In this document: in pieces, positions 8,855-18,574 of the stretch
Position numbering within the stretch: position 1 is the first letter of the stretch
Layout: every line of letters begins with the position of its first letter
IMG/VR virus record: IMGVR_UViG_3300047440_000118
Coordinates: 1-62,483 of that record
Origin: a virus
Taxonomy: Duplodnaviria; Caudoviricetes
DNA length: 62,483 nucleotides
Direction: 5' to 3' (one strand)
Notes under the pieces: generated by a model
The model's database searches: none
The model's input: the letters and a program-made list of their open reading frames with translations, nothing else
What the model was told of the DNA's origin: nothing
Position numbers and translations under genes: made by a program

Positions 8855-9468
8855 CTTATTCGGTCAAAGAGGTATTTTATACCCTGCAAGGCGAGGGCGC
8901 GAACCTTGGCCGGCCGGCGGTGTTTATCCGCTTTGCCGGGTGCAACCTTTGGTCCGGTCGTGAAGCGGATCGCGCGACAGCGACCTGCCGTTTCTGCGAC
9001 ACGGATTTCGTTGGCGGCACCAAATACGCCACCGCTGGCGAACTCGCGGCGATTGCCGCCGCATTGTGGCCGGTCGGCGAGCACAAGCGGATGGTGGTGC
9101 TGACCGGCGGGGAACCTCTGCTTCAGGTCGACGCGGCGTTACTGGCCGCGCTGAAAGAGGAATGGTTCTACACCGCCGTTGAGACCAATGGCACGCAACC
9201 GCTGCCGGGGCATGTCGATTGGCTCTGCGTGAGTCCGAAAGCGCGCGCGCCGATTGTGCTGCATGACGCGGACGAATTGAAACTCGTCTGGCCGCAGCGT
9301 GGCGCGGAGCCGGAGCGGTTTGATGACTTCGCCGCGGTGTATCGCTGGTTATCGCCGATGGCTGGCCCGCGACGGGGCGTGAACACACGTTCGGCGGCCG
9401 AATACTGCAAAACCCATCCAGCGTGGCGTCTGGCGATCCAGGCGCATAAGTTCTGGCGAGTCAGATAA
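8851..9468 (+). CDS. queE: 7-carboxy-7-deazaguanine synthase (radical SAM, Cx14Cx2C type)
   Basis: YSVKEVFYTLQGEG, GCNLWSGRE...CRFCDTDF, LTGGEP, ETNG, VSPK, QAHK. Confidence 0.95.
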   Translation: MTYSVKEVFYTLQGEGANLGRPAVFIRFAGCNLWSGREADRATATCRFCDTDFVGGTKYATAGELAAIAAALWPVGEHKRMVVLTGGEPLLQVDAALLAALKEEWFYTAVETNGTQPLPGHVDWLCVSPKARAPIVLHDADELKLVWPQRGAEPERFDDFAAVYRWLSPMAGPRRGVNTRSAAEYCKTHPAWRLAIQAHKFWRVR

Positions 9469-9550
9469 TCACCCCACCCACGTCAGTTGGCGGACCTCGA
9501 TGACCAGGCGCGGTCGGGATCAGAGTAGCGTTTCGCGATCAGGCAAACCG

Positions 9551-10477
9551 TCACGATCTGGTTGAGTATTCCCATCCTTCAATCAGCGCGGCAACCTTGG
9601 ATTCGACTTGTTTGTAGGTTTTTTTTTGGATGACGAGCAGCTTGACCGACTTGTGATATATCCCCATCCGTTTGATCTTGGTTTTGCTTCGTCTGTCCAT
9701 CCAACCCTTGACCTCGTGAAAGATTACGGAACCACTAAGTTCAGTCACCCGAAAATCAGGAAGGTAGCTTCTGCTGCCACGCCTTATCTTCTCGAACCAA
9801 AAAGTGACAGGCTCATGTTCCCATCCCGCGATCCGTTCATTCTGTTTCAGCCATTCCAGGTATCGGCCCCAATTGGCCTCCCAACGTGATCTGAAATATA
9901 TTCGCCGGCCGCCAAATTCCCGCCATCCTGCTTTCCAGGACAAACCCTCGCCGTTGTTCAAAATGAGGGTGCCGTAACGTGCCATTTTGGTGGCGTGGGA
10001 TTTCCTGATAGCTTCTGATTTTTCTCGCGCCGACAACTTTCTCCATTCAGTCCTCCGATCCATGGCAAGCCACGGGCGGGTCGCTTCAACATATCGCGGC
10101 AATCCAAGTTTCTTGACCCTCTGGGCGATTGATGGCCTGGTGCGACCAAGTTTACTTGCCAAAGTAGCCACGGTGCCAGATTTGGCTGCTTCAGGATATT
10201 CGGCTGCCAGTGTGGCATCTTCCTCAGTAGTCCATGGTCGGCATATCGTATCTCTGGCGATGCCCAATTTTTGGAGCCTGATGCAAATCGCGTTCGGCGA
10301 AAGGCCAAGACGGTTGCCAATTTTTGTGGTTGATTTGAACTCGTCGTAGGCACTCAAGATTTCTTGATCAGTTGCCTTCTTATTGCCTCCTCTGCCTACC
10401 CATTTACGGGTCGCGGGGGCGCGAGACTCGACCGGTGGCGCCGGCCTGATCGGCGTCGATGCGGACCACCAAGCCAT
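9551..10477 (-). CDS. PD-(D/E)XK nuclease with N-terminal HTH repeats (possible free-standing homing endonuclease)
   Basis: FRSRWEA...YLPDF...HEVKG catalytic pattern; WTTEED HTH repeats; AT-richer than flanks. Confidence 0.75.
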   Translation of the reverse strand: MAWWSASTPIRPAPPVESRAPATRKWVGRGGNKKATDQEILSAYDEFKSTTKIGNRLGLSPNAICIRLQKLGIARDTICRPWTTEEDATLAAEYPEAAKSGTVATLASKLGRTRPSIAQRVKKLGLPRYVEATRPWLAMDRRTEWRKLSAREKSEAIRKSHATKMARYGTLILNNGEGLSWKAGWREFGGRRIYFRSRWEANWGRYLEWLKQNERIAGWEHEPVTFWFEKIRRGSRSYLPDFRVTELSGSVIFHEVKGWMDRRSKTKIKRMGIYHKSVKLLVIQKKTYKQVESKVAALIEGWEYSTRS

Positions 10478-10521
10478 CTCTTAAGTAAGCTTTCTGATGG
10501 TATCAGCGGCGACCCATGGCA

Positions 10522-10725
10522 TTAGGATGTCAGAAGCTCGCCGGACACTATCCCCTCGGCGACTTTGACAATTCCCTTAAGCACGTTCTCCGGTTGATTT
10601 GTCGCGGCGGCCACGGTGCCTGCCAGGACGCCGATTATCGTGGCCAGATCCTCAAGATCATTCGCTCTCGCCGCCAAGAGGTTCAGAGCCTCCGTCGTCA
10701 CCTCTTCGAGTTTGTCGGGGCTCAT
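10522..10725 (-). CDS. hypothetical protein
   Basis: ATGA-coupled; helical 67 aa. Confidence 0.5.
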   Translation of the reverse strand: MSPDKLEEVTTEALNLLAARANDLEDLATIIGVLAGTVAAATNQPENVLKGIVKVAEGIVSGELLTS

Positions 10726-11429
10726 GCTGGCAACGCCGGCATCGTCGAGAACAGTCCCTCGCCCGGTTCGTCGGCGGGTGGTGGCGGGCTGGACTCTGCC
10801 GGGGGCGGTTCGGGCGCGGCCTCTTTGGACTTGTTTTTCGATCCGGGTTTCCTGCCGCGTTTGCGCTCCGGGATTTTCGTGACCGGCACGCCATCGACGG
10901 TTTCCGTGGCCGGTCGCATCGGTGCCGATTCCCGACCCGGCTTTTCGTCCGCGAGCGTTTCGAAAAACGCCATGCCGTCGCGGCATCCCCGGTCCCAATC
11001 GGCGTATTCGGGTGTTCCGGGCTCGTGCGGGTTGTCCTGCCTGGTCTGTTTGCGATGCACGGCACCGTTGTAGCCGCTATTGTAACGGCGCGCGGCGGCG
11101 AGTTTTTCCGATGCGTCGGCCGATGCGACCGGCGTGCGTGCGGCGCGTTCCATCGTGTTGTCGAAGTCCTCTGGGTTCGCCGATGACCACAGATCGAGCG
11201 CCCGGCGGGAGACCTGCTCGGTGGCGTAGAGGGCGAGCCGTTCCTCGTCGGTCATCTGCGCCTCTTTATATCTGCGGCGCACCTCGGACGGCGAGATGCC
11301 CTGGTTCTCGTAGTTTTGCTGATGGCGGCGGCGTTGGGCATTGGAGCGGTTGACCAGACCGGTATCGGTCTCATAGACCGCGAGGGCCTCGGCCCACAGA
11401 TCAGAGGGAACGTTCGAGAGTTCTTCCAT
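10722..11429 (-). CDS. GapR/DUF2312-like protein with Rmf-like motif
   Basis: GISPSEVRRRYKEAQMTDEER...RRALDL resembles GapR; NPHEPGTPEYADWDRG resembles the Rmf/CrpP-like motif. Confidence 0.45.
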   Translation of the reverse strand: MEELSNVPSDLWAEALAVYETDTGLVNRSNAQRRRHQQNYENQGISPSEVRRRYKEAQMTDEERLALYATEQVSRRALDLWSSANPEDFDNTMERAARTPVASADASEKLAAARRYNSGYNGAVHRKQTRQDNPHEPGTPEYADWDRGCRDGMAFFETLADEKPGRESAPMRPATETVDGVPVTKIPERKRGRKPGSKNKSKEAAPEPPPAESSPPPPADEPGEGLFSTMPALPA

Positions 11430-11637
11430 GGCGGACCCTTTTGGGTTTTGCGGGTTTCAGCAGATCATCGAGCGGTATGCCGGTGGCGATCGACACGGCC
11501 ATTGCGCGCGATGTCGGAACGTATCCCTGAGCGCGCCAGACCGAAATTCGGCCCTGGGTGGTGCCGACCATTGCCGCGAGAGCGGTCTGTGTCCGAGCGG
11601 ATATTATGGCCCGCTCAATCCCGGTGATTCGCGCCAT
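11401..11637 (-). CDS. Cro/YdaS-like HTH regulator
   Basis: QTALAAMVGTTQGRISVW...VP...TGIPLDDL. Confidence 0.8.
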   Translation of the reverse strand: MARITGIERAIISARTQTALAAMVGTTQGRISVWRAQGYVPTSRAMAVSIATGIPLDDLLKPAKPKRVRHGRTLERSL

Positions 11638-11639
11638 TT

Positions 11640-11711
11640 TCCAGGGTTGCGTTGCGTCGGAAAACCGGATAATCCCATTGCTCAATTCGCGTCAATGAAT
11701 GACGGGGTTCC
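11640..11711. promoter_or_regulatory. divergent promoter/operator region
   Basis: Between divergent genes; minus-strand TTGACG followed by GGATTATCCGGTTTT motif. Confidence 0.5.
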
Positions 11712-12032
11712 ATGCCATCTCGTGTATCCGATACACCTTCTCCGGGTCATTATTTGCTCCGGATCGTGCGCGGCGGTCCCTGGGTTGGGGCGGCGATCTG
11801 GCATACCGAAGATGGGTGGTTCGTGATGCTGGACGGGGATCAGGAGGGGCCGTGCGGCGACCCGTGGATGTTGCCAAACATGGAAAAGGTGCATTGGGGC
11901 GGGCGGGCGACGACTCAGGCCGAGGTTGCCTACAGGGTTGGGTTGAAACGATACGCCGCGTTGTATGATCTGTCGCATCCGGCGGCGAACGCGCGGCAGG
12001 CGATCGATCTTGATAGGTATCTGCCCATATGA
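11712..12032 (+). CDS. hypothetical protein
   Basis: First gene of rightward block; coupled to next gene. Confidence 0.6.
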   Translation: MPSRVSDTPSPGHYLLRIVRGGPWVGAAIWHTEDGWFVMLDGDQEGPCGDPWMLPNMEKVHWGGRATTQAEVAYRVGLKRYAALYDLSHPAANARQAIDLDRYLPI

Positions 12033-12805
12033 GCGACACTCCGCCTCCCGGCCACAACCTCCCGAAGCTGCCCGAAATCCTCACCCCGGAAGTTGTCGCC
12101 GCGCTGATCGAAGCCGAGATCGCGCCGCTTAAGGACCGCGCCGCCGATTTGGTGGACGTGTGCAAGCGTTTCGTCGCGGCTTACCCCCAGATCGACAGCG
12201 TGGAGGCGGACGCGAAGGCGACGGAAGTTCTCGCCGTCGTGCAGCGTTTCGCGGGCGCGAAGGGGCGCGTGGAACTCGCCAGGGTGGCGTTCAAGGCGCC
12301 GATTTTGGAAGCGGACAAGGCGATCGGTTCGTTCGCGCGAGGGCCGTTCCTGAAGGTCATCGCACCCGTCATCGCCGCGTCAATGCCGATTGAGCGGGCC
12401 GCGATCAAATTCAAGCAACGGATCGAGGCGGAGGCGCGTGAGGTCGCGCGACAAGAGGCCGCTCGCCGGGCCGAGGAAGCGCGTCTGGCCGAGAAGATGG
12501 CTGAGGCGGGATCTGAACGCTTCTCTTTTGACGATGCCGCTGAGGCTTACGGGAAGGCCGAGGAAGCGCAGGCCATCGCGGACAGCAAGCCGGCGGAACT
12601 GACGCGATCCCATGGCGAGGTCGGCACCACGTCGCTGCGGTATCGGCGCATCGTCACGATCGTTGAGGCGCATCTCGTGCCGCGCGAGTATTGCGTGCCC
12701 GATCTGTCGCTCGTGACCAAAGCGGCCGGCAAACCCGGCACGCCGTTCCCAAACATACCGGGCGTCTCTATCGCGGACACCCCGGACCTAAACGTGAGGA
12801 AATGA
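12029..12805 (+). CDS. coiled-coil recombination-block protein
   Basis: Long Ala/Glu helix, C-terminal VPREYCVPD...IPGV motif common beside phage annealases. Confidence 0.55.
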   Translation: MSDTPPPGHNLPKLPEILTPEVVAALIEAEIAPLKDRAADLVDVCKRFVAAYPQIDSVEADAKATEVLAVVQRFAGAKGRVELARVAFKAPILEADKAIGSFARGPFLKVIAPVIAASMPIERAAIKFKQRIEAEAREVARQEAARRAEEARLAEKMAEAGSERFSFDDAAEAYGKAEEAQAIADSKPAELTRSHGEVGTTSLRYRRIVTIVEAHLVPREYCVPDLSLVTKAAGKPGTPFPNIPGVSIADTPDLNVRK

Positions 12806-12806
12806 A

Positions 12807-14834
12807 ATGAGCGAATCCCGCCCATCCGAACCGAAGCGCGCGGACTTTCAGGAAGGCGGTAACGCTCGCAACCCGTTTGCCTCCGACCTTCCCGCGACCC
12901 GTCCCGTGGGCGCCATCGCCAACGCGGAACAACAACGCGCCATCGCCGAGGTGCAGGCTCGGATGATCATCGCGCGGGCCAACCCGAGAGACGCGATGCG
13001 GTGCATGGACCTGATCCTGCGGGACTGCACGCGGCCCTCGCTGGCCGAGGCCGCGCTCTACCAATACTCGCGCGGCGGAACGTCGATCTCCGGGCCGTCC
13101 ATTCGCCTCGCCGAGGCCATCGCGCAGCGATGGGGCAACATCGCCAGCGGCATCAAGGAAATCAGCCGCGCGAACGGCTTTTCCGAGTGCGTGGCTTATG
13201 CGTGGGATTTGGAGACAGGATATTACGATGAGCGGCAATTCCAGATCAAACACTGGCGCGACACCCGATCGGGCGGCTACGCGATCACCGATGAGCGGGA
13301 CATTTACGAATTGCTCGCCAACAACGGCCAACGCCGGAAGCGGGCGGTCCTGTTGACCGTGATCCCCGGCGATGTGGTCGAAGCCGCCGTCGCCCAATGC
13401 GAGGAAACACTCTCCACCAGCGCCGACACATCACCCGAGGCGTTGGGCAGGATAGCCACGGCCTTTGAGCAATTCGGGGTGACGAAAGCGCAAATCGAGA
13501 AGCGGTGCCAATGCCGCCTTGAGGCGATCCGCCCGGCCCAGGTCGTTCAGTTGCGCAAGATATTCGCCAGCCTCAAGGACGGCATGTCGGACGCCAAGGA
13601 CTGGTTCGAGACGCCGAATGGCGCATGGACCGGGGTTGAGGAAACCCACGCGGCGAACAAGCCACCCGCGCAAACCCAACCCGCCGCCGCCGAGACTCGT
13701 GCCGCACCGCGCAAGGCCGCCGCCAAGAAAGCCGCCGCGCCACCGCCGCCCGCAGACGATGAGGTTCCGTTCGGCCGATGGGATGAGTCACCACCGGCCA
13801 CCGAAGCGCCCGCCGGGGGTTCCTCCCCAACGGCGGCTGCGCCCGCGCCGGAGGCCGAGGGTAGTCCCGCACCTACCCAGACCTCCGGCGTCGTGCCGTT
13901 CTCGGCTTGGCTCGTCGATGGTGAGGGCGATCCGATCCCTGATGAGGACGGTGTTCTCGCCGAGTTCACTGACCCATTCGCGTTCGCCCGCGCGTATATG
14001 AATGCACTCGATGCCGCGTTCCCACCCGACCGCGAGGCCATGGTGCGCGCGAACCATGAGTCGATCGTGCAGGCGCAGATGACGCCCGGTGTCGCGGCGA
14101 TACTCGTCCCACAGGCGGAAAGGGCACCACCCCCCGCGAGCGATCCCGCACCCGGCCTCGGTCTCGACATCCCCGCCGATCCGCTCGTGATCCCGAAACC
14201 GGCGAGGATGGTCAAGGCGGACCTCGATGCGTGGAACGCGGCGTTTGAACACGTCCTCTACAGTCTGACGACGATGGACGGCATCAAACAGGCTGTTGAG
14301 CGCAACCAGGCCACCTTCGAAACATTCCCGCCGAAATACCGGGCCACGGCGAAGGGGTTGGTGGATACCGCGCGAAAGTCGCTCACGCCACCGCTGCCGA
14401 AAGGCGTTGCCTACACGACGGACGATCTGGCGCGTGGGCTTTTGCAGGACATCGCGTCATTCGAGACCGGGCAGGATCTGATCGCGTGGGAGGCTTACAC
14501 GAAAGTGCAGATGGAGTTGGACGATCTGCGCGAGAAGGCGCCGGAACTGCACGCGACCGTGACGGCGGCGTTGGAGAAGCGGCGTGCCGAGTTCAATCCG
14601 CCACAAGCCGCGAGCGAGGCCAACGGGAAGACGTCACCCGATGACCTCTATGCCAAACTCTCGGCCCGGTTGGACCAGTGCGCGACCGTCGCGGAAGTCA
14701 CGGGCCTCGGCAACGATCAGCAATACCTCGCGATGGTCAAAGAGATGTATGCGGCGGACAAGAGTTTGTGGACGAAACTGTCTCACGCGGCGAACGAACG
14801 AAAGCGTGTGATCACGGCGTCGTTACCGGGATGA
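12807..14834 (+). CDS. putative single-strand annealing/recombination protein with long C-terminal extension
   Basis: Conserved-looking N-terminal domain (AEVQARMIIARANPRD, GPSIRLAEAIAQRWGN), Pro/Ala linker, repeated helical C-terminal units. Confidence 0.5.
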   Translation: MSESRPSEPKRADFQEGGNARNPFASDLPATRPVGAIANAEQQRAIAEVQARMIIARANPRDAMRCMDLILRDCTRPSLAEAALYQYSRGGTSISGPSIRLAEAIAQRWGNIASGIKEISRANGFSECVAYAWDLETGYYDERQFQIKHWRDTRSGGYAITDERDIYELLANNGQRRKRAVLLTVIPGDVVEAAVAQCEETLSTSADTSPEALGRIATAFEQFGVTKAQIEKRCQCRLEAIRPAQVVQLRKIFASLKDGMSDAKDWFETPNGAWTGVEETHAANKPPAQTQPAAAETRAAPRKAAAKKAAAPPPPADDEVPFGRWDESPPATEAPAGGSSPTAAAPAPEAEGSPAPTQTSGVVPFSAWLVDGEGDPIPDEDGVLAEFTDPFAFARAYMNALDAAFPPDREAMVRANHESIVQAQMTPGVAAILVPQAERAPPPASDPAPGLGLDIPADPLVIPKPARMVKADLDAWNAAFEHVLYSLTTMDGIKQAVERNQATFETFPPKYRATAKGLVDTARKSLTPPLPKGVAYTTDDLARGLLQDIASFETGQDLIAWEAYTKVQMELDDLREKAPELHATVTAALEKRRAEFNPPQAASEANGKTSPDDLYAKLSARLDQCATVAEVTGLGNDQQYLAMVKEMYAADKSLWTKLSHAANERKRVITASLPG

Positions 14835-15157
14835 CATGGAAGCTGAAACGCACCCGCCAATGCGTGAAATGCCCCTGGCGCGTGGGTGTGAACCCGCACG
14901 ATATTCCCAACGGCTACACCGAGGAAAGGCATCGTGCCTTGGACAACACGATCGCGCGAGGTCTCAATCTGGCGGGAACGATGCATGTAATGGCCTGTCA
15001 TGAAACCCAAGACGCTCATTGTATTGGTTGGGTGGTCAATCAGGCGGGACCGGGGAACAACATCGCGCTCCGCATTATGCTCATGACCTGTCAGAACGCC
15101 TCGAAAATCAGACTGCGCGGCGAGCAGCACGAGACATTTGAGGACACATTGCCATGA
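14831..15157 (+). CDS. DUF6283-like Cys-rich protein
   Basis: CVKCPWR...MACHE...CIGW. Confidence 0.6.
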   Translation: MTWKLKRTRQCVKCPWRVGVNPHDIPNGYTEERHRALDNTIARGLNLAGTMHVMACHETQDAHCIGWVVNQAGPGNNIALRIMLMTCQNASKIRLRGEQHETFEDTLP

Positions 15158-15723
15158 CCGATTACATCGACGCGGCGATCGACGCGTATCTCTTGTCCGA
15201 CCCAGACCGACGATTCCCTGTATTCCGCGACTCCCTTTGTGCCGCCATCGCCGCCGCCGACAAGGCGCGCGGGATCACGTGGCCGGCGGTCGAAGCGGGC
15301 GGAGGCGGAGGCAGTGGTTCCACGACCGTGGGCTTAAAAACTTCCGACAGAAGTCATTTTTGCGATGGGGGTGGCGGCCCCATGCGCCGCCAGAAGACCA
15401 TCGCTGTCCCATACAACTCAAGGTACGGCTGGCCAGGGGCGCCGAGCGGTCCCATGCAGCAACCGGTTACCGCCACCAACCCCGAAGCTGATCCCATGGC
15501 GATGCCCATCGCACACGACAGTGACGGCCCGCGTTTTGGCGGCGACAACGGCGGTCCATTGGTAGCTGATGTAACTGATCCGTTGGAGCGAGAGATACGC
15601 GAGGCATTCGATCATTTTGATAATGTGTTTTTACGCGGCCACGAAAATTGGTTAAACCGGCAGCGAACCGGAAGATTATGCGAAGATATCGTGCGTATAG
15701 TGCAGCGGGCGAGGGAGCCATGA
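15154..15723 (+). CDS. hypothetical protein
   Basis: ATGA coupling on both sides. Confidence 0.5.
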   Translation: MTDYIDAAIDAYLLSDPDRRFPVFRDSLCAAIAAADKARGITWPAVEAGGGGGSGSTTVGLKTSDRSHFCDGGGGPMRRQKTIAVPYNSRYGWPGAPSGPMQQPVTATNPEADPMAMPIAHDSDGPRFGGDNGGPLVADVTDPLEREIREAFDHFDNVFLRGHENWLNRQRTGRLCEDIVRIVQRAREP

Positions 15724-15953
15724 GCGAAGGTCCATTTTATGCTATGCCCATTAGCGATGACGACGAGAACGGTCCGCATCAGATTCACGGTTCCGGCGAT
15801 GTCGCGGTTTCCAAGCACGCCCCGACGACGAGGGACGCGGCTCTCTATCTCGCCGCTCACATGAATCACGCCTGGCGCGAGGGTAAACGAGCAGGAGCGG
15901 AAGAACGTGCACGTCAGATACGGGAACTGATCGGCGCGAGGGTAGCACGATGA
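15720..15953 (+). CDS. hypothetical protein
   Basis: GGAG RBS, ATGA-coupled. Confidence 0.5.
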   Translation: MSEGPFYAMPISDDDENGPHQIHGSGDVAVSKHAPTTRDAALYLAAHMNHAWREGKRAGAEERARQIRELIGARVAR

Positions 15954-16021
15954 CCCTCGCCGAGCGCGCCGCCGCCCTGTCCGCCGCCATCCGCGCGCTG
16001 ATCGAGGCGCCGTGAATCAGA

Positions 16022-16044
16022 AGCCCCGCCAACGCGGCGGGGCT
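16022..16044. terminator. hairpin between convergent transcription units
   Basis: agccccgcc-aacgc-ggcggggct perfect 9-bp stem. Confidence 0.6.
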
Positions 16045-16072
16045 GACGACGATATGAATCGGACTTTCGGAC

Positions 16073-16435
16073 TCAGACGGCGACGGGCTGCGGCGTCTCG
16101 GTCACACCCGCGATATCAAGGCCGATCTGCGCGGCGACGTGTGCCGGGGGCACCATATCGAACGTCTCCGCGTTATCAGAGGTATTCCCCTGGCTGTCGC
16201 TAATCGAGATGCCGACGCCAGTCAGCATGGGATTGGTGGTGTGCAGCCAATTCACGGCGACCTCGGTCTGACCGTTGGCGTTGGTGGCGATCACGGCGTT
16301 GAGGTTCGTCGGGTCAGACGATGTGACGGTGAACACATCGGCCGGATCGACAGGCACGAGTGCGCCGGTCGCGGGATCGGTTTCGGTGATGACGAAATGG
16401 GCGACGACGGACGTTTTCAGCGGATACGCGGCCAT
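16073..16435 (-). CDS. beta-rich (Ig-like?) hypothetical protein
   Basis: AAGGAG RBS before ATG 16435; Thr/Val-rich; frame is open further upstream. Confidence 0.55.
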   Translation of the reverse strand: MAAYPLKTSVVAHFVITETDPATGALVPVDPADVFTVTSSDPTNLNAVIATNANGQTEVAVNWLHTTNPMLTGVGISISDSQGNTSDNAETFDMVPPAHVAAQIGLDIAGVTETPQPVAV

Positions 16436-16673
16436 GATGGGTTCTCCTTGGAGATTGGTTAAGGTCGGCTGAAGCAATACCAGTTTCCGCTTGCGCGGAC
16501 GGTGGTCGAACAGTCGTTCGATAAGTCTGCATAGCCTATCGAACAGAAGCGTCAGCCGCTCGCCATCCAGTTCCAGGTGAACGGTCGCGTGATTGGCATG
16601 GTCGTGCCGATGTTCGCTCATATCCGGTAAATGCGCCGCGCGTTCACGGGTTGCAAGGACTGGCGCGGAACGG

Positions 16674-16949
16674 TCATCTCGCCTGGTCTTCAAGCCACTT
16701 CCACACCCGACCGCAGGCGCTGTCCGGATCGGGCCGTTGGTAGTCGTTCATCGCCTCGATGACGCGGAGGAACATCGTGAAGTCCTCGCGGGACGGCTCT
16801 GGTCCATCGAGGCCAATCGCTTTGAGGGCTTCGGCGAATTCGATCTGGTATTTCCGATATTCCGCGCTCGTCAAATGGGTGGCCACCATGTGGTAAGGCG
16901 GGACGGGTGGCAGACGGATCGCGTCGTCGTGCGAGTTCCAAGCGGTCAT
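16674..16949 (-). CDS. hypothetical protein
   Basis: Coupled chain after antirepressor. Confidence 0.45.
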   Translation of the reverse strand: MTAWNSHDDAIRLPPVPPYHMVATHLTSAEYRKYQIEFAEALKAIGLDGPEPSREDFTMFLRVIEAMNDYQRPDPDSACGRVWKWLEDQAR

Positions 16950-17188
16950 GCTGATCCCCTCGTGTTTCCAAAATGAAGATGAAGCGTGCCCACCAACTCC
17001 TTAGCCAGTCTCTGGTCTGGCGCCAACGTCACCAGCTTTTCAACGCCGCTCAATGACAGCATCAGTCCATGCTCGGGGTGGTAATTCATTTCGTCCGGTG
17101 TCACCCCGACGCTGAAGCACATAGCCAGTTGGTCGTTCAGCAATTCCCTGGCTTCGCCGGTCGGAGGCTTGAAGTTCTTTGGGTCCAT
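16946..17188 (-). CDS. hypothetical protein
   Basis: GGAGG RBS; TGATG coupling. Confidence 0.5.
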   Translation of the reverse strand: MDPKNFKPPTGEARELLNDQLAMCFSVGVTPDEMNYHPEHGLMLSLSGVEKLVTLAPDQRLAKELVGTLHLHFGNTRGSA

Positions 17189-17799
17189 CAGTGAATCCTC
17201 CCTGGCGCGTCGTCTTTCTCACGCTTTTCGCGTTCACGAATATCCAACTCGTTCTGGTGCCAAGTGGGGAGGATACGCTTCGGGAAGTCCGCGACCTGAA
17301 CAACTTCGGCTATATACCACCAAGCTGTTGCGTGGTTGCCTAAGCGGCCAAGCGTATTGGCTGTTTTCAGCGCGATATCACGTTCGGCGATGGATCGTTC
17401 CAACCACGGCTTTTGTTTGATTGGCGAGGATGCCGCCGGACCATGAGCGAGGCGTTCGCATTCGATGAAATACTCCCTCACCGCGAAGCCTCTTTCGGTG
17501 TTTGCCATCATAGCTATGTGTTTTGCCGAGTCGAGAGTGAGCCAATAAACGGTTGCTGGTCTCCCATTCGACGTGGATTGCGTCCCCTGGCGGGGAGAAA
17601 CCCCCACATCTGACGGCACTTCGAGCCGATAATCCCGGTCAGAAACCAGTCTCAACCGGTCAATTTGCTGCTTGATCCAATCTGTGAACGCCTTTCTGAC
17701 ACCCAAACCGGCGTGCAAATCCCTCGCTTCAACGGCATGAACCTCCACCTTGCCTATCGTGGCTTGGGTAACAGGGATGAATTTCGGCTCGTTCGTCAC
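17188..17799 (-). CDS. AntA/AntB family antirepressor
   Basis: VEARDLHAGLGV...FTDWIK...YWLTLDSAKHIAM...VREYFIECER; GAGGAG RBS before GTG. Confidence 0.9.
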   Translation of the reverse strand: MTNEPKFIPVTQATIGKVEVHAVEARDLHAGLGVRKAFTDWIKQQIDRLRLVSDRDYRLEVPSDVGVSPRQGTQSTSNGRPATVYWLTLDSAKHIAMMANTERGFAVREYFIECERLAHGPAASSPIKQKPWLERSIAERDIALKTANTLGRLGNHATAWWYIAEVVQVADFPKRILPTWHQNELDIREREKREKDDAPGRIH

Positions 17800-17962
17800 G
17801 GCCTCTCTCCTCGGTTGCGGAGCGCCGGTTGCCGGAGTAGCCTGTTCGGGGTAGAGTCCGGTCAGGGTTCCGAAACCAAGCTCCTGGTTTCCGCGATGGG
17901 TTGGGTTCACCGCCCGCCCATCGCCCCGCCACCTTACACAAGCAGAACGCAACGGCAACGCC

Positions 17963-18139
17963 TCACGCCGAGGACGCTTGTTCCTGTTCGACGCCAGTGA
18001 CCCACATTTCGATCGCCAGGCGCATCGCGGCACTGCGGTCGCACCCCTCGACCTCCATGGCGGCGAGCAGGCGCGCGTTCAGCGAGCGGGATATTTTGGC
18101 GCCGACGAACTGGGTGTTTGATCCGGCGACGTGTCGCAT
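17963..18139 (-). CDS. ribbon-helix-helix (Arc/Mnt-like) protein
   Basis: FVGAKISRSLNARLLAAM...RSAAMRLAIEMW; directly upstream of antirepressor. Confidence 0.55.
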   Translation of the reverse strand: MRHVAGSNTQFVGAKISRSLNARLLAAMEVEGCDRSAAMRLAIEMWVTGVEQEQASSA

Positions 18140-18146
18140 CAGCTTC

Positions 18147-18398
18147 TCAAGGCTTTCCCGCCAGGGTCTCGGCGCCTGAAGCGATGCCGGCCTTCTCGCC
18201 CTCGGCGAAGTTGGCTTTGGCCGATGCGTCCAGCAATTGCGACACCCGCGAGTTGATCTCGACATGGATGGCGTGGATCGCGGTTGCATTGCGCCAACTG
18301 TGCATCGCCGCGACAAAACCCGCCCCGGCCGCGACACACGCCGCGAAGGCCGAGAACATATTGATGATGAGTTGGATGATCGCGATGTTGAGGGTCAC
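18147..18398 (-). CDS. small membrane protein, holin-like
   Basis: N-terminal TM helix followed by IHVEINSR coil; end of late region. Confidence 0.45.
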   Translation of the reverse strand: MTLNIAIIQLIINMFSAFAACVAAGAGFVAAMHSWRNATAIHAIHVEINSRVSQLLDASAKANFAEGEKAGIASGAETLAGKP

Positions 18399-18556
18399 AA
18401 CCGACCGGACAGCAGGATCACGACGAGGACGATGAGAACGATCGTGACCAGGCCGCCGCCATAGCCATACGCGGGCCCGTAGGCACCATGCAGGTAATAT
18501 CCGCCTCCGCCACCGAACAGCAGGAGCAGCACGACGACCAGGAGGATCAGGCCCAT
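18395..18556 (-). CDS. DUF3309-like small membrane protein
   Basis: MGLILLVVVLLLLFGGGGYY...YGGGLVTIVLIVLVVILLSGRL (53 aa, below ORF-track cutoff); GGAG RBS. Confidence 0.75.
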   Translation of the reverse strand: MGLILLVVVLLLLFGGGGGYYLHGAYGPAYGYGGGLVTIVLIVLVVILLSGRL

Positions 18557-18574
18557 ATCAGGTTGCTCCGGTCA

